Below, piece by piece: positions 31,999 through 38,325 of a stretch of 38,904 bases of DNA. Under the pieces are notes generated by a model that worked only from the letters and a program-made list of their open reading frames with translations, made no database searches and had not been told where the DNA came from. The DNA comes from a virus. Within the stretch, counting starts at the first letter, position 1, and every line of letters starts with the position of its first letter. The stretch is taken from IMG/VR virus record IMGVR_UViG_3300030330_005386, positions 1 to 38,904 of that record; one strand, 5' to 3'. The position numbers and the translations under genes are program-made.

Positions 31999-32633
31999 CA
32001 CCACTCTAGTGCTTCAGCAATAGAAGGGAATTGTTCTTTGAATACACGCTTGGCATCATTAGCAATGTCCATGTGCTCCTTCTGTGTGCCATTAGCAGAG
32101 CGCAGATCGATATAATGGATCCACGACCTAATAGATCCCGTCATGTAGAGTCTTGTGGGCACGGCGAGGGGAAGCACAAAACGCGAACACTCCTTTGCGA
32201 TTCCCTCACGGATCAGTTCGTTGTAGAGATCCATACCTTCATTGAAGTATGCTTCAATACGTTGCTGCAAGAACTTAGTTTTCTCAGGATCAACATCATC
32301 GATAGAGTTCTGACGATTCTTTTCATCCTGACGACGCAGTTCAGGAATTGGAATACCAGCATCCAACCAGTTGACATCAGCATACCGTTGGGAAAACTCT
32401 TGATATGTGAAACTACGGTGACGCAGCACTTGAGCCGCAATTCCTCTGGTAGTATTCAATTCAAGAGTCATGAACGCTTGTTCAAAGATACTCCAGTGTT
32501 GATGCTTGATACAATACTTCAGCAGTCCAGAAAACTTTTCGTTTTCCTGATTTTGTGGATTGCTTACGCGAGCACAATAGGCAATGTGTTTCTCCGCGTC
32601 AGGAGTTACACTGATCAGTTTTACGTCGTTCAC
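31998..32633 (-). CDS. thyX: Flavin-dependent thymidylate synthase ThyX (211 aa, GTG start)
   Basis: ThyX signature RHRSFTYQEFSQRY (RHRxxSxxxxSxRY) plus HWSIFEQ and SIRSWIHYIDLR. Confidence 0.9.
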   Translation of the reverse strand: MNDVKLISVTPDAEKHIAYCARVSNPQNQENEKFSGLLKYCIKHQHWSIFEQAFMTLELNTTRGIAAQVLRHRSFTYQEFSQRYADVNWLDAGIPIPELRRQDEKNRQNSIDDVDPEKTKFLQQRIEAYFNEGMDLYNELIREGIAKECSRFVLPLAVPTRLYMTGSIRSWIHYIDLRSANGTQKEHMDIANDAKRVFKEQFPSIAEALEW

Positions 32634-32757
32634 TTAGTTTTAGTTCTTTCTTTACAAGTTTAGCATACATCACATCCTCTTGGGAATACCACTCAGGATG
32701 CTTCTTTGCTCGTTTAATGATTTTCTTTGCTGCCTTTTTGAGAGATAATTCTTCCAT
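32599..32757 (-). CDS. Possible Lys-rich 52-aa ORF
   Basis: Below the track cut-off. ATG at 32757 lies 5 nt after the upstream stop. Reads MEELSLKKAAKKIIKRAKKHPEWYSQEDVMYAKLVKKELKLSERRKTDQCNS and overlaps the thyX start by 35 nt. Confidence 0.35.
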   Translation of the reverse strand: MEELSLKKAAKKIIKRAKKHPEWYSQEDVMYAKLVKKELKLSERRKTDQCNS

Positions 32758-32762
32758 AGAAG

Positions 32763-32939
32763 TTAATCGGGGTAACCATCATCGTCTTCAAAAATTTCAT
32801 CGTAATCAGTTATTGCTGCGCTACTACCTTCGCTATTATATTTAGACACATCAGAATATACTTCAGATTCCAAAACATCTACCAAAGATTTAAGGTTACG
32901 GACAATGAGTTTGAGTCGTTCCTGTTGTTCTGCTTCCAT
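32763..32939 (-). CDS. Acidic hypothetical protein (58 aa from ATG 32939)
   Basis: The track ORF (75 aa, TTG at 32990) would translate straight through a perfect terminator palindrome. The ATG at 32939 immediately follows the T7 run. Reads MEAEQQERLKLIVRNLKSLVDVLESEVYSD...EDDDGYPD. Confidence 0.5.
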   Translation of the reverse strand: MEAEQQERLKLIVRNLKSLVDVLESEVYSDVSKYNSEGSSAAITDYDEIFEDDDGYPD

Positions 32940-32962
32940 AAAAAAAGGGGGCATATGCCCCC
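32940..32962 (-). terminator. Rho-independent terminator
   Basis: Minus strand reads GGGGGCATATGCCCCC, a perfect 16-nt palindrome, followed by TTTTTTT. It starts 28 nt after the stop of the 55-aa ORF. Confidence 0.8.
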
Positions 32963-32990
32963 AGTATATCATATTTGATTTGTAAGTCAA

Positions 32991-33158
32991 TCACTTGAAG
33001 TAGGTTTGTCCGCGATAAGTAAACTTACCGTGAACTTCCTGTACAGGTGCAGCGAACTTCTTAGTCACAATACCACGATAGGCAGTGTGATTAATTTGAG
33101 CGTCGTGCAGGGCAGATGCTTTATCGATCTGCTTCTTGATCATGTTGAGTGTGTTCAT
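32991..33158 (-). CDS. 55-aa peptide with two YRG motifs (DUF4278-like / glutamine-synthetase-inactivating-factor-like), the downstream peptide of the riboswitch-like leader
   Basis: Below the track cut-off. AGGAG Shine-Dalgarno lies 8 nt upstream of the ATG at 33158. Reads MNTLNMIKKQIDKASALHDAQINHTAYRGIVTKKFAAPVQEVHGKFTYRGQTYFK. It has its own promoter, structured leader and terminator. Confidence 0.65.
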   Translation of the reverse strand: MNTLNMIKKQIDKASALHDAQINHTAYRGIVTKKFAAPVQEVHGKFTYRGQTYFK

Positions 33159-33191
33159 AGTAGTACTCCTAAAGTAGTGGATTTTTAGGCC

Positions 33192-33276
33192 CGTTCCTTT
33201 AGTCGTTTGCGTCCGTCCGAAGACGGATGAACGATCCGTTCCGCGACTTACTTGCGTCCAGTTTCCTGGATGAACG
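33192..33276 (-). ncRNA. Tandem structured RNA modules in the 5' leader; probable tandem glutamine riboswitch (glnA RNA / Downstream-peptide family)
   Basis: Minus strand: CGUUCA-UCCAG-GAAA-CUGGA-CGCAAGUAAGUCGCGGAACG (33276..33237) and CGUUCA-UCCGUC-UUCG-GACGGA-CGCAAACGACUAAAGGAACG (33233..33192). The flanks are identical, the internal helix covaries fully, and GNRA and UNCG tetraloops appear only on this strand. CGUUC/GAACG can close each module. Confidence 0.7.
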
Positions 33277-33283
33277 TAGGGTT

Positions 33284-33312
33284 ATTATACCCTTCATAGA
33301 TTATATAGTCAA
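33284..33312 (-). promoter_or_regulatory. Near-consensus sigma70-type (host RNAP, early) promoter
   Basis: Minus strand has TTGACT (33312..33307), a 17-nt spacer and TATAAT (33289..33284). The predicted start lies a few nt before the first riboswitch-like module. Confidence 0.7.
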
Positions 33313-33337
33313 GTAATTTTGTAATTTGTGATACAGT

Positions 33338-33574
33338 TTATACAAACATCCCGGTATCAGACATGTACTTGAGAGTCTCTTTCAAATTACCACGATGATT
33401 CAAACCAATAGCAACCTGAGGGTACTCTGCTTCACTACCAAACTCTGCACGAAACTGTCTATCACTAAAGTCTGCACCAAGTACGAACTCTCTCACCTCT
33501 TGTCCACATGCCTCAAGAACCATCTTGGCTCTTTCAGATTCTTGACTACCATTACTATAAACAAGTGCTTGCAT
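33338..33574 (-). CDS. Glutaredoxin-fold paralogue lacking the CxxC active site (78 aa)
   Basis: Aligns along its length with the CPYC glutaredoxin at 36112..36351 (QEVREFVLGADFSDRQFRAEFG against QQFVEYKLGRDFNGEEFYEKFG; ETLKYM against ETVKYL). GCPYC is replaced by GSQES. Confidence 0.65.
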   Translation of the reverse strand: MQALVYSNGSQESERAKMVLEACGQEVREFVLGADFSDRQFRAEFGSEAEYPQVAIGLNHRGNLKETLKYMSDTGMFV

Positions 33575-33888
33575 TAGTCTCTTTGCCTCCAGTCATCAGG
33601 TTTATCTCTTTGAAACCAATCTACAATTTCATCTGCACTATCAAATCCCGTTTTATGATTGGATGGATCGGGATCGCCTAGTCCCATCCTATTCATAAAA
33701 TCCTCAACACTTCCCTCTTCAATATCCTGGGATGCTTGACGACGTGCCTGTTGCAACCAATCTCTAGCAAGAGTATGTGCTTTGGCAAGTTTCTCTGCCC
33801 AGATCATATCCTCTAGAGGAACTTGTTCCTTATTAGCGATGCAACGACAGATAGACTCCAAACGAAGTCGATACGCGGTAGAAAGCAT
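33574..33888 (-). CDS. Hypothetical protein (104 aa)
   Basis: ATG ORF with a TAATG overlap to the downstream gene. No family recognised. Confidence 0.55.
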   Translation of the reverse strand: MLSTAYRLRLESICRCIANKEQVPLEDMIWAEKLAKAHTLARDWLQQARRQASQDIEEGSVEDFMNRMGLGDPDPSNHKTGFDSADEIVDWFQRDKPDDWRQRD

Positions 33889-33889
33889 T

Positions 33890-34087
33890 TTAGTTCCGTT
33901 TGAGTTTGTCTTTTAGATCAAGAACCTTATTCACCTCATCGACAGCAGCAGACATCCTATCACCTAGGATATCCATGATATCTTCGTAGATTATTTCATT
34001 ATCCACGTAGTCATCGAAGTATGTGTCGATTGCCTCTTTGAGATACCTCTTTCGATGCCACTCAGGAGAATAAGGTTTGTAAGTCAT
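33890..34087 (-). CDS. Hypothetical acidic protein (65 aa)
   Basis: ATG ORF with a 1-nt gap to the next gene. A CTAAATA motif lies 19 nt upstream. Confidence 0.5.
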   Translation of the reverse strand: MTYKPYSPEWHRKRYLKEAIDTYFDDYVDNEIIYEDIMDILGDRMSAAVDEVNKVLDLKDKLKRN

Positions 34088-34112
34088 GATAAAATCATAT
34101 GTGGATATTTAG

Positions 34113-34442
34113 TTACCGTTCAATGTAACTAAGGCTATGATGATCTGATTTTAACTGATGAATGATAATATCGCAACCCACCTTAGGTTCTGCGTCACCA
34201 CATGTAAATATATCTACTGCTGCTTCTCCTTTCTCAGGCCAAGTATGAATACTAATATGACTCTCAGCAAGAAGACAAACAGCAGTCACGCCGTATGGTT
34301 CAAACTTTTTTGAGATAGTTTGAACTACTGTTGAACCACTTGCTTCCGCAGCAATCTCCAACAATTCTCTTAGATACGTTTCATTATTCAGATTCTCAAA
34401 CTTACATCCATAAAGATTGAGGAGATAGTGCTTACCCATCAT
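34113..34442 (-). CDS. speD: S-adenosylmethionine decarboxylase proenzyme, small prokaryotic class (109 aa)
   Basis: LLNLYGC, the self-processing site motif LLAESHISIHTWPE (Glu-Ser cleavage giving the pyruvoyl group) and AVDIFTCG. Confidence 0.85.
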   Translation of the reverse strand: MMGKHYLLNLYGCKFENLNNETYLRELLEIAAEASGSTVVQTISKKFEPYGVTAVCLLAESHISIHTWPEKGEAAVDIFTCGDAEPKVGCDIIIHQLKSDHHSLSYIER

Positions 34443-34657
34443 TCTATTGCTTCTGAATCGATACCATATTCATCTACGAGACGATCAACTGCTGTTTTAA
34501 TATCAGAAAGTTTGCATACCTCAGCGATATTTGATTTTTGAAATTTCTTTAATTTTTTATATTTTTTGATGAGTTTACTAACTTCATCAGTGTCGATTTC
34601 AAATCTAACGTTTCCATCTTTCTGCGGATCGTTAGTAAACCCTTTAAATCCGCTCAT
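34439..34657 (-). CDS. Hypothetical protein (72 aa)
   Basis: 4-nt overlaps with the neighbouring genes at both ends (ATGA with the speD start). Lys-rich central segment. Confidence 0.5.
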   Translation of the reverse strand: MSGFKGFTNDPQKDGNVRFEIDTDEVSKLIKKYKKLKKFQKSNIAEVCKLSDIKTAVDRLVDEYGIDSEAIE

Positions 34658-34926
34658 GATTTTTTCTTCTTATCTTTTGGTGCAGGGTTACCCCAGAGTT
34701 TAGGACTAACCCTGCCTTCAGATTGTTGCATGGTAACAAAATTTTCTTTGTACTTGTCATAATAAGCATCAAAGATACTTGCTTGCTTTGTATCCATCAC
34801 TAGATCATAGTGCTCTACACCATCCTCTTTATATGTGACAAGATAGCAATTGTTAGGAAGATCCGTCGTATTATCTACGATCGGATCACAATCTTGTTTA
34901 ATAACCTTCAACTGCGTCCACCCCAT
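34654..34926 (-). CDS. Hypothetical protein (90 aa)
   Basis: ATG ORF overlapping both neighbours. No family recognised. Confidence 0.5.
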   Translation of the reverse strand: MGWTQLKVIKQDCDPIVDNTTDLPNNCYLVTYKEDGVEHYDLVMDTKQASIFDAYYDKYKENFVTMQQSEGRVSPKLWGNPAPKDKKKKS

Positions 34927-35384
34927 TGAATGTCAGGATATGCCTGTTTGACAATATCATAACTGATTTTGTACTTGTCTGCAAGGTTTTTATCCTTACA
35001 CAGACACAGGATCTCAGCCTCTTCGGGATGCAGTCCTTCAAGCATTTGGATGAACATGGTTTCTCTGCGAAGTCCAGAGAGTCCATCATTACCACCCTTC
35101 ACAAAGTTATAGAGATGCTTGTACTCTCTACGCAAGGAAGTGTGATCTGTACCAACAGGTACTTCGTTCTTATTGAAGGGAACCTCTCCAACAGGAAGAA
35201 CTGAGATCACAGTCTCATCAAAGTTCCAAATAAAAATAGTCTTCAGAGCATCGTTTTCATACTGCCGAAGGATTTCTACTTTCTTTGCCTTTGCACGTTG
35301 CTTGCTTGCAAGTTCAAGAATTTCATGAAGAAAAGGGTTAGGTGGTAGTTCAACCTTCTTCTTCGTCTTCGTCGTAGTCGCCAT
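34908..35384 (-). CDS. Hypothetical protein (158 aa from ATG 35384; the track start at 35396 is a TTG)
   Basis: Reads MATTTKTKKKVELPPNPFLHEILELASKQRAKAKKVEILRQYENDALKTIFIWNFDE...MFIQMLEGLHPEEAEILCLCKDKNL. Looks like a conserved phage protein, but I cannot name the family. Confidence 0.55.
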   Translation of the reverse strand: MATTTKTKKKVELPPNPFLHEILELASKQRAKAKKVEILRQYENDALKTIFIWNFDETVISVLPVGEVPFNKNEVPVGTDHTSLRREYKHLYNFVKGGNDGLSGLRRETMFIQMLEGLHPEEAEILCLCKDKNLADKYKISYDIVKQAYPDIQWGGRS

Positions 35385-35574
35385 AATCGTTTTCAAACCT
35401 TACTGCTAAAATTTCATCAGGTAGAACATTTCCGTTCTCATCAAACATTTCGGGATGAGTATATACTGGTTGGGTATTATAGACGTGTTCTTTTGCAAGC
35501 CATCCTACCATACCTCCAACAAAAAAGAACATTACTGATACCAATGTTCCAATCGTCAATGTTACTGCTAACAT
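35350..35574 (-). CDS. Single-pass membrane protein with acidic tail (74 aa)
   Basis: GGAGG lies 8 nt upstream of the ATG. N-terminal TM segment LAVTLTIGTLVSVMFFFVGGMVGWL, then THPEMFDENGNVLPDEILAV and DYDEDEEEG. Similar architecture to ORF 37025..37240. Confidence 0.6.
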   Translation of the reverse strand: MLAVTLTIGTLVSVMFFFVGGMVGWLAKEHVYNTQPVYTHPEMFDENGNVLPDEILAVRFENDYGDYDEDEEEG

Positions 35575-35758
35575 TTTCCCGTCCTCCGAGAGTCTCTATC
35601 TTTTCCGAATATCCAAATAAAAATTGAAGTGGAAAACGATATCTCTCTTGAAAAGAGAAACCATATTTCCAAATCTTATTTGGAAAGTTTTGGGCGGTTC
35701 TGCTCTTCTCCTATTTCTAAGTAATAACTCTACCCCACGATTAAGGTGGGGATCTGGT
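35575..35758 (-). other. Highly structured 184-nt leader / intergenic RNA region (4 consecutive hairpins)
   Basis: On the minus strand, 5' to 3': CCCCAC-CUUAAUC-GUGGGG (35751..35733); UUUCCAAAU-AAG-AUUUGGAAA, a 9-bp perfect stem (35686..35666); GUUUCUCUU-UUC-AAGAGAGAU (35660..35641); and AUC-G-UUUUCC...GGAAAA-GAU enclosing 24 nt (35640..35598). Confidence 0.5.
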
Positions 35759-36112
35759 TTATTTAGAATCTTTTCTTCGCCGTCCAGGTCGTCTATCATA
35801 ACTATACCTTTTAGCATCTGCAAGGATGCCCTCTAAAAATTTCTTGATCTTTCTTGCTTGCGGTTTAGGAATATGTCCATAACCTTCACGCAATTGTTTG
35901 TGCTCATTATCTTGTCCTCCCTCTAGATATTCTTCTAAATCAAGGACAAGATCTTTTATTTCTTTAGAAGTGCTGCTACTGATAAAGTCATCAGCATCTT
36001 TTCTAGTTGCCTTAATAACTTTAAAGTAATCATAGAGATTTAATCGAAATCTAAATGCCGTGAAGGCATCATCAATCGATTGCTCTATGATTGCGTAGAC
36101 TTCTTGATCCAT
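35759..36112 (-). CDS. Hypothetical protein (117 aa from ATG 36112; alternative ATG at 36157)
   Basis: TGATG overlap with the glutaredoxin stop. Reads MDQEVYAIIEQSIDDAFTAFRFRLNLYDYFKVIKATRKDADDF with a basic C-terminus RRPGRRRKDSK. Confidence 0.55.
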   Translation of the reverse strand: MDQEVYAIIEQSIDDAFTAFRFRLNLYDYFKVIKATRKDADDFISSSTSKEIKDLVLDLEEYLEGGQDNEHKQLREGYGHIPKPQARKIKKFLEGILADAKRYSYDRRPGRRRKDSK

Positions 36113-36351
36113 CAAACCAGCTTGTTTTCTCTTAGATACTTGACAGTTTCTTGACATCCACCAATTAATTCATCATTCAGAACAACGCGAGGGAAAGTAG
36201 ATCCCCTCCCAAACTTTTCATAAAATTCCTCACCGTTAAAATCTCTGCCCAATTTATACTCAACAAATTGTTGTTCGGCAAGACTCAAAGCAGCAATCAC
36301 TTTGGTGCAGTAAGGACAACCGATTTTTGTGTAAATTGCAAAATTACTCAT
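36112..36351 (-). CDS. Glutaredoxin (79 aa from ATG 36351; the track start is a TTG)
   Basis: CPYC active site in FAIYTKIGCPYCTKV, plus TFPRVVLNDELIGGCQE. ATGA overlap with the talC stop. Confidence 0.85.
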   Translation of the reverse strand: MSNFAIYTKIGCPYCTKVIAALSLAEQQFVEYKLGRDFNGEEFYEKFGRGSTFPRVVLNDELIGGCQETVKYLRENKLV

Positions 36352-36992
36352 TTCTTTACTGACTCCCAATCGTTTTCAAAAATTTCCATTCCTTTATCGG
36401 TAAGGATGTGATCGTACATTTGATCGAATACCTTTGGTGGCATCGTGCAGATCTCAGCACCATTATACCATGAACGGATGGCTCTTTGCACGCTACGAAT
36501 GGAAGCAGAGAGAACTTGTGTCTTCACACCATGAACACGATACAGTTCAGAGATGGAACGAACTACCTCAAGTCCTGCAACTGATTGATCGTCGAGTCGT
36601 CCAACAAAAGGAGAGACATAAGTGGCACCCGCTTTGGCAGCCAGAACCGCCTGTGCGGCGCAGAAGATCAGAGTGACATTTACCTTAATACCTTGCTCTG
36701 AAAGGCGCTTACAGACGATCAGGCCTTCTCTGGTGCAGGGAACTTTGATGGTAGCAACATTGCCAAACTTTTCGTAGAGACGAATGCCCTCATCATACAT
36801 CTCAAGATCAGAACCCATCACTTCCATGCTGATGTCTGTGACACCCATATCCTTGATCTCTTGGTAAACATCCTCTGGATTCTTACCACTTTTCATAATC
36901 AGAGTTGGATTGGTTGTCACTCCATCTACCAACCCAGTAGAAAAATACTTTGCGATAATATCTGTATCCGCAGTATCTAAAAAGATTTTCAT
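36348..36992 (-). CDS. talC: Transaldolase-family protein (TalC / fructose-6-phosphate aldolase-like, 214 aa)
   Basis: MKIFLDTADTDII...GVTTNPTL...TIKVPCT..G......L...GIKVNVTLIF...QA.LAAKAGATYVSPFVGRLDD is the short transaldolase pattern carried by cyanophages. Confidence 0.9.
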   Translation of the reverse strand: MKIFLDTADTDIIAKYFSTGLVDGVTTNPTLIMKSGKNPEDVYQEIKDMGVTDISMEVMGSDLEMYDEGIRLYEKFGNVATIKVPCTREGLIVCKRLSEQGIKVNVTLIFCAAQAVLAAKAGATYVSPFVGRLDDQSVAGLEVVRSISELYRVHGVKTQVLSASIRSVQRAIRSWYNGAEICTMPPKVFDQMYDHILTDKGMEIFENDWESVKK

Positions 36993-36993
36993 T

Positions 36994-37019
36994 AAAAAAG
37001 GGCGATTGATACGCCCTTT
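36994..37019 (-). terminator. Rho-independent terminator abutting the talC start codon
   Basis: Minus strand reads AAAGGGCG-UAUCAAU-CGCCCUUU, continuing into a T6 run. The talC ATG begins 1 nt after the T-run (TTTTTTAATG). Confidence 0.7.
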
Positions 37020-37024
37020 ATATA

Positions 37025-37240
37025 TCAGTTTTCGTCTTTGTTGTAAAGACTTTCTAGTCGATCTCTTGTCATATCAACATACATGACTTCATCACCAGGT
37101 TGAGGTGCTTCAGGATGACGTGGTTTTGGTTTATTCATCTCCACATTTATGGATTGAATGTTACTCCACATCATCGCAAAGGCAGCGCCTGCGATAACAG
37201 CAAAACAAGAAAAGTAAACAAAGACGAGCCAACCGTTCAC
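37025..37240 (-). CDS. Single-pass membrane protein (71 aa, GTG start overlapping the psbD stop)
   Basis: GTGA overlap with psbD. N-terminal TM segment [22 protein letters not shown], then [15 protein letters not shown]. Confidence 0.5.
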   Translation of the reverse strand: MNGWLVFVYFSCFAVIAGAAFAMMWSNIQSINVEMNKPKPRHPEAPQPGDEVMYVDMTRDRLESLYNKDEN

Positions 37241-38298
37241 AGTGCGTTACCTCTAGGAAGAACTTCTTCTGGGAACACAAACTGTTCATGTGGTTGATCT
37301 ACTGGTGCCATCCAAGCACGTAAACCTTCATTCAAAAGAATATTCTTGGTATAGAAAGTCTCAAACTCAGGATCTTCTGATGCCCTTATTTCTTGTGAAA
37401 CAAAGTCATAAGCGCGAAGGTTGAGAGCAAGGCCAATAATACCGATGGAACTTGTCCAAAGGCCCATAACAGGAACAAACAGCATAAAGAAATGCAACCA
37501 CCTCTTATTGCTAAACGCAATACCGAAGATCTGACTCCAGAAGCGGTTTGCTGTAACCATTGAATAGGTTTCTTCTTCTTGAGTGCTGTCAAATGCTTTG
37601 AAAGTATTTGCTTGATCACCATCTTGATACAAGGTGTTCTCTACTGTAACACCATGAATTGCAGAAAGCAATGCTCCTCCAAGGATACCCGCAACACCCA
37701 TCATGTGAAAGGGGTTGAGTGTCCAGTTATGAAATCCTTGTAGAAAAAGTAGGAATCTGAAGATTGCCGCGACACCAAAGCTCGGCGCAAAGAACCAAGA
37801 CGATTGTCCGAGAGGGTAGATGAGAAATACACTAACAAATACGGCAATAGGGCCCGAAAAAGCAATCGCATTGTAAGGACGGATTCCGATAAGACGTGCA
37901 AGTTCAAACTGACGCAGCATGAAACCAATCAGAGCGAAGGCACCGTGGAGCGCCACAAAATTCCAGAGTCCCCCAAGTTGGAGCCAGCGTTGGAAATCTC
38001 CCTGAGACTCTGGACCCCAAAGTAGAAGAAGAGAATGGCCCATAGCATCAGCAGGAGTTGACACTGCCGCTGTAAGGAAATTAGCACCCTCAAGGTAACT
38101 AGACGCCAACCCGTGAGTGTACCAACTGGTAACAAACGTCGTGCCAGTAAGCCAGCCGCCAATTGCAAGATAAGCAGTGGGAAAAAGAAGTAATCCAGAC
38201 CAACCCACAAAGACAAAGCGATCTCGTTTAAGCCAGTCATCCAGGACATCGAACCATCCCCTCCCTTGTTGTGTTTGTGAAAGAGTTGAAGTTGTCAT
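37237..38298 (-). CDS. psbD: Photosystem II D2 protein (353 aa)
   Basis: Near-identical by eye to cyanobacterial D2: [28 protein letters not shown]...[14 protein letters not shown]...[16 protein letters not shown]...[14 protein letters not shown]. Confidence 0.97.
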   Translation of the reverse strand: MTTSTLSQTQQGRGWFDVLDDWLKRDRFVFVGWSGLLLFPTAYLAIGGWLTGTTFVTSWYTHGLASSYLEGANFLTAAVSTPADAMGHSLLLLWGPESQGDFQRWLQLGGLWNFVALHGAFALIGFMLRQFELARLIGIRPYNAIAFSGPIAVFVSVFLIYPLGQSSWFFAPSFGVAAIFRFLLFLQGFHNWTLNPFHMMGVAGILGGALLSAIHGVTVENTLYQDGDQANTFKAFDSTQEEETYSMVTANRFWSQIFGIAFSNKRWLHFFMLFVPVMGLWTSSIGIIGLALNLRAYDFVSQEIRASEDPEFETFYTKNILLNEGLRAWMAPVDQPHEQFVFPEEVLPRGNAL

Positions 38299-38325
38299 GA
38301 GTAATATTACTTAACATTTTTAGAG

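Noticed and set aside
32031-32663. 210-aa plus-strand ORF antisense to thyX
   Set aside because: The thyX frame carries the diagnostic RHRSFTYQEFSQRY motif. The antisense translation has no recognisable features.
32940-32990. N-terminal extension of ORF 32763..32990 (TTG start, MTYKSNMIYWGHMPPFF...)
   Set aside because: The extension would translate through a perfect 16-nt palindrome plus T7, which is far better explained as the terminator of the upstream cassette. The ATG at 32939 is used instead.
33006-33188. Tracked plus-strand 60-aa ORF
   Set aside because: It is antisense to the better-supported 55-aa minus-strand ORF, which has an AGGAG site, its own promoter, a structured leader and a terminator. 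The plus-strand ORF has no start context.
35596-35823. Tracked 75-aa minus-strand ORF (MQMLKGIVMIDDLDGEEKILNKPDPHLNRGVELLLRNRRRAEPPKTF...)
   Set aside because: It overlaps the preceding gene by 65 nt and has no ribosome-binding site. Its body is made of four consecutive stable hairpins, and its odd basic composition looks like translated stem-loops. It is treated as non-coding structured RNA, although this is not proven.
37386-38249. Alternative-frame minus-strand ORFs inside psbD (37386..37622, 37701..37928, 37929..38249) and plus-strand ORFs in psbD/psbA (37804..38025, 38443..38695, and the minus-strand ORF 38679..38903)
   Set aside because: They lie inside genes whose main frame is unmistakably D2 or D1. 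There is no independent evidence for them.
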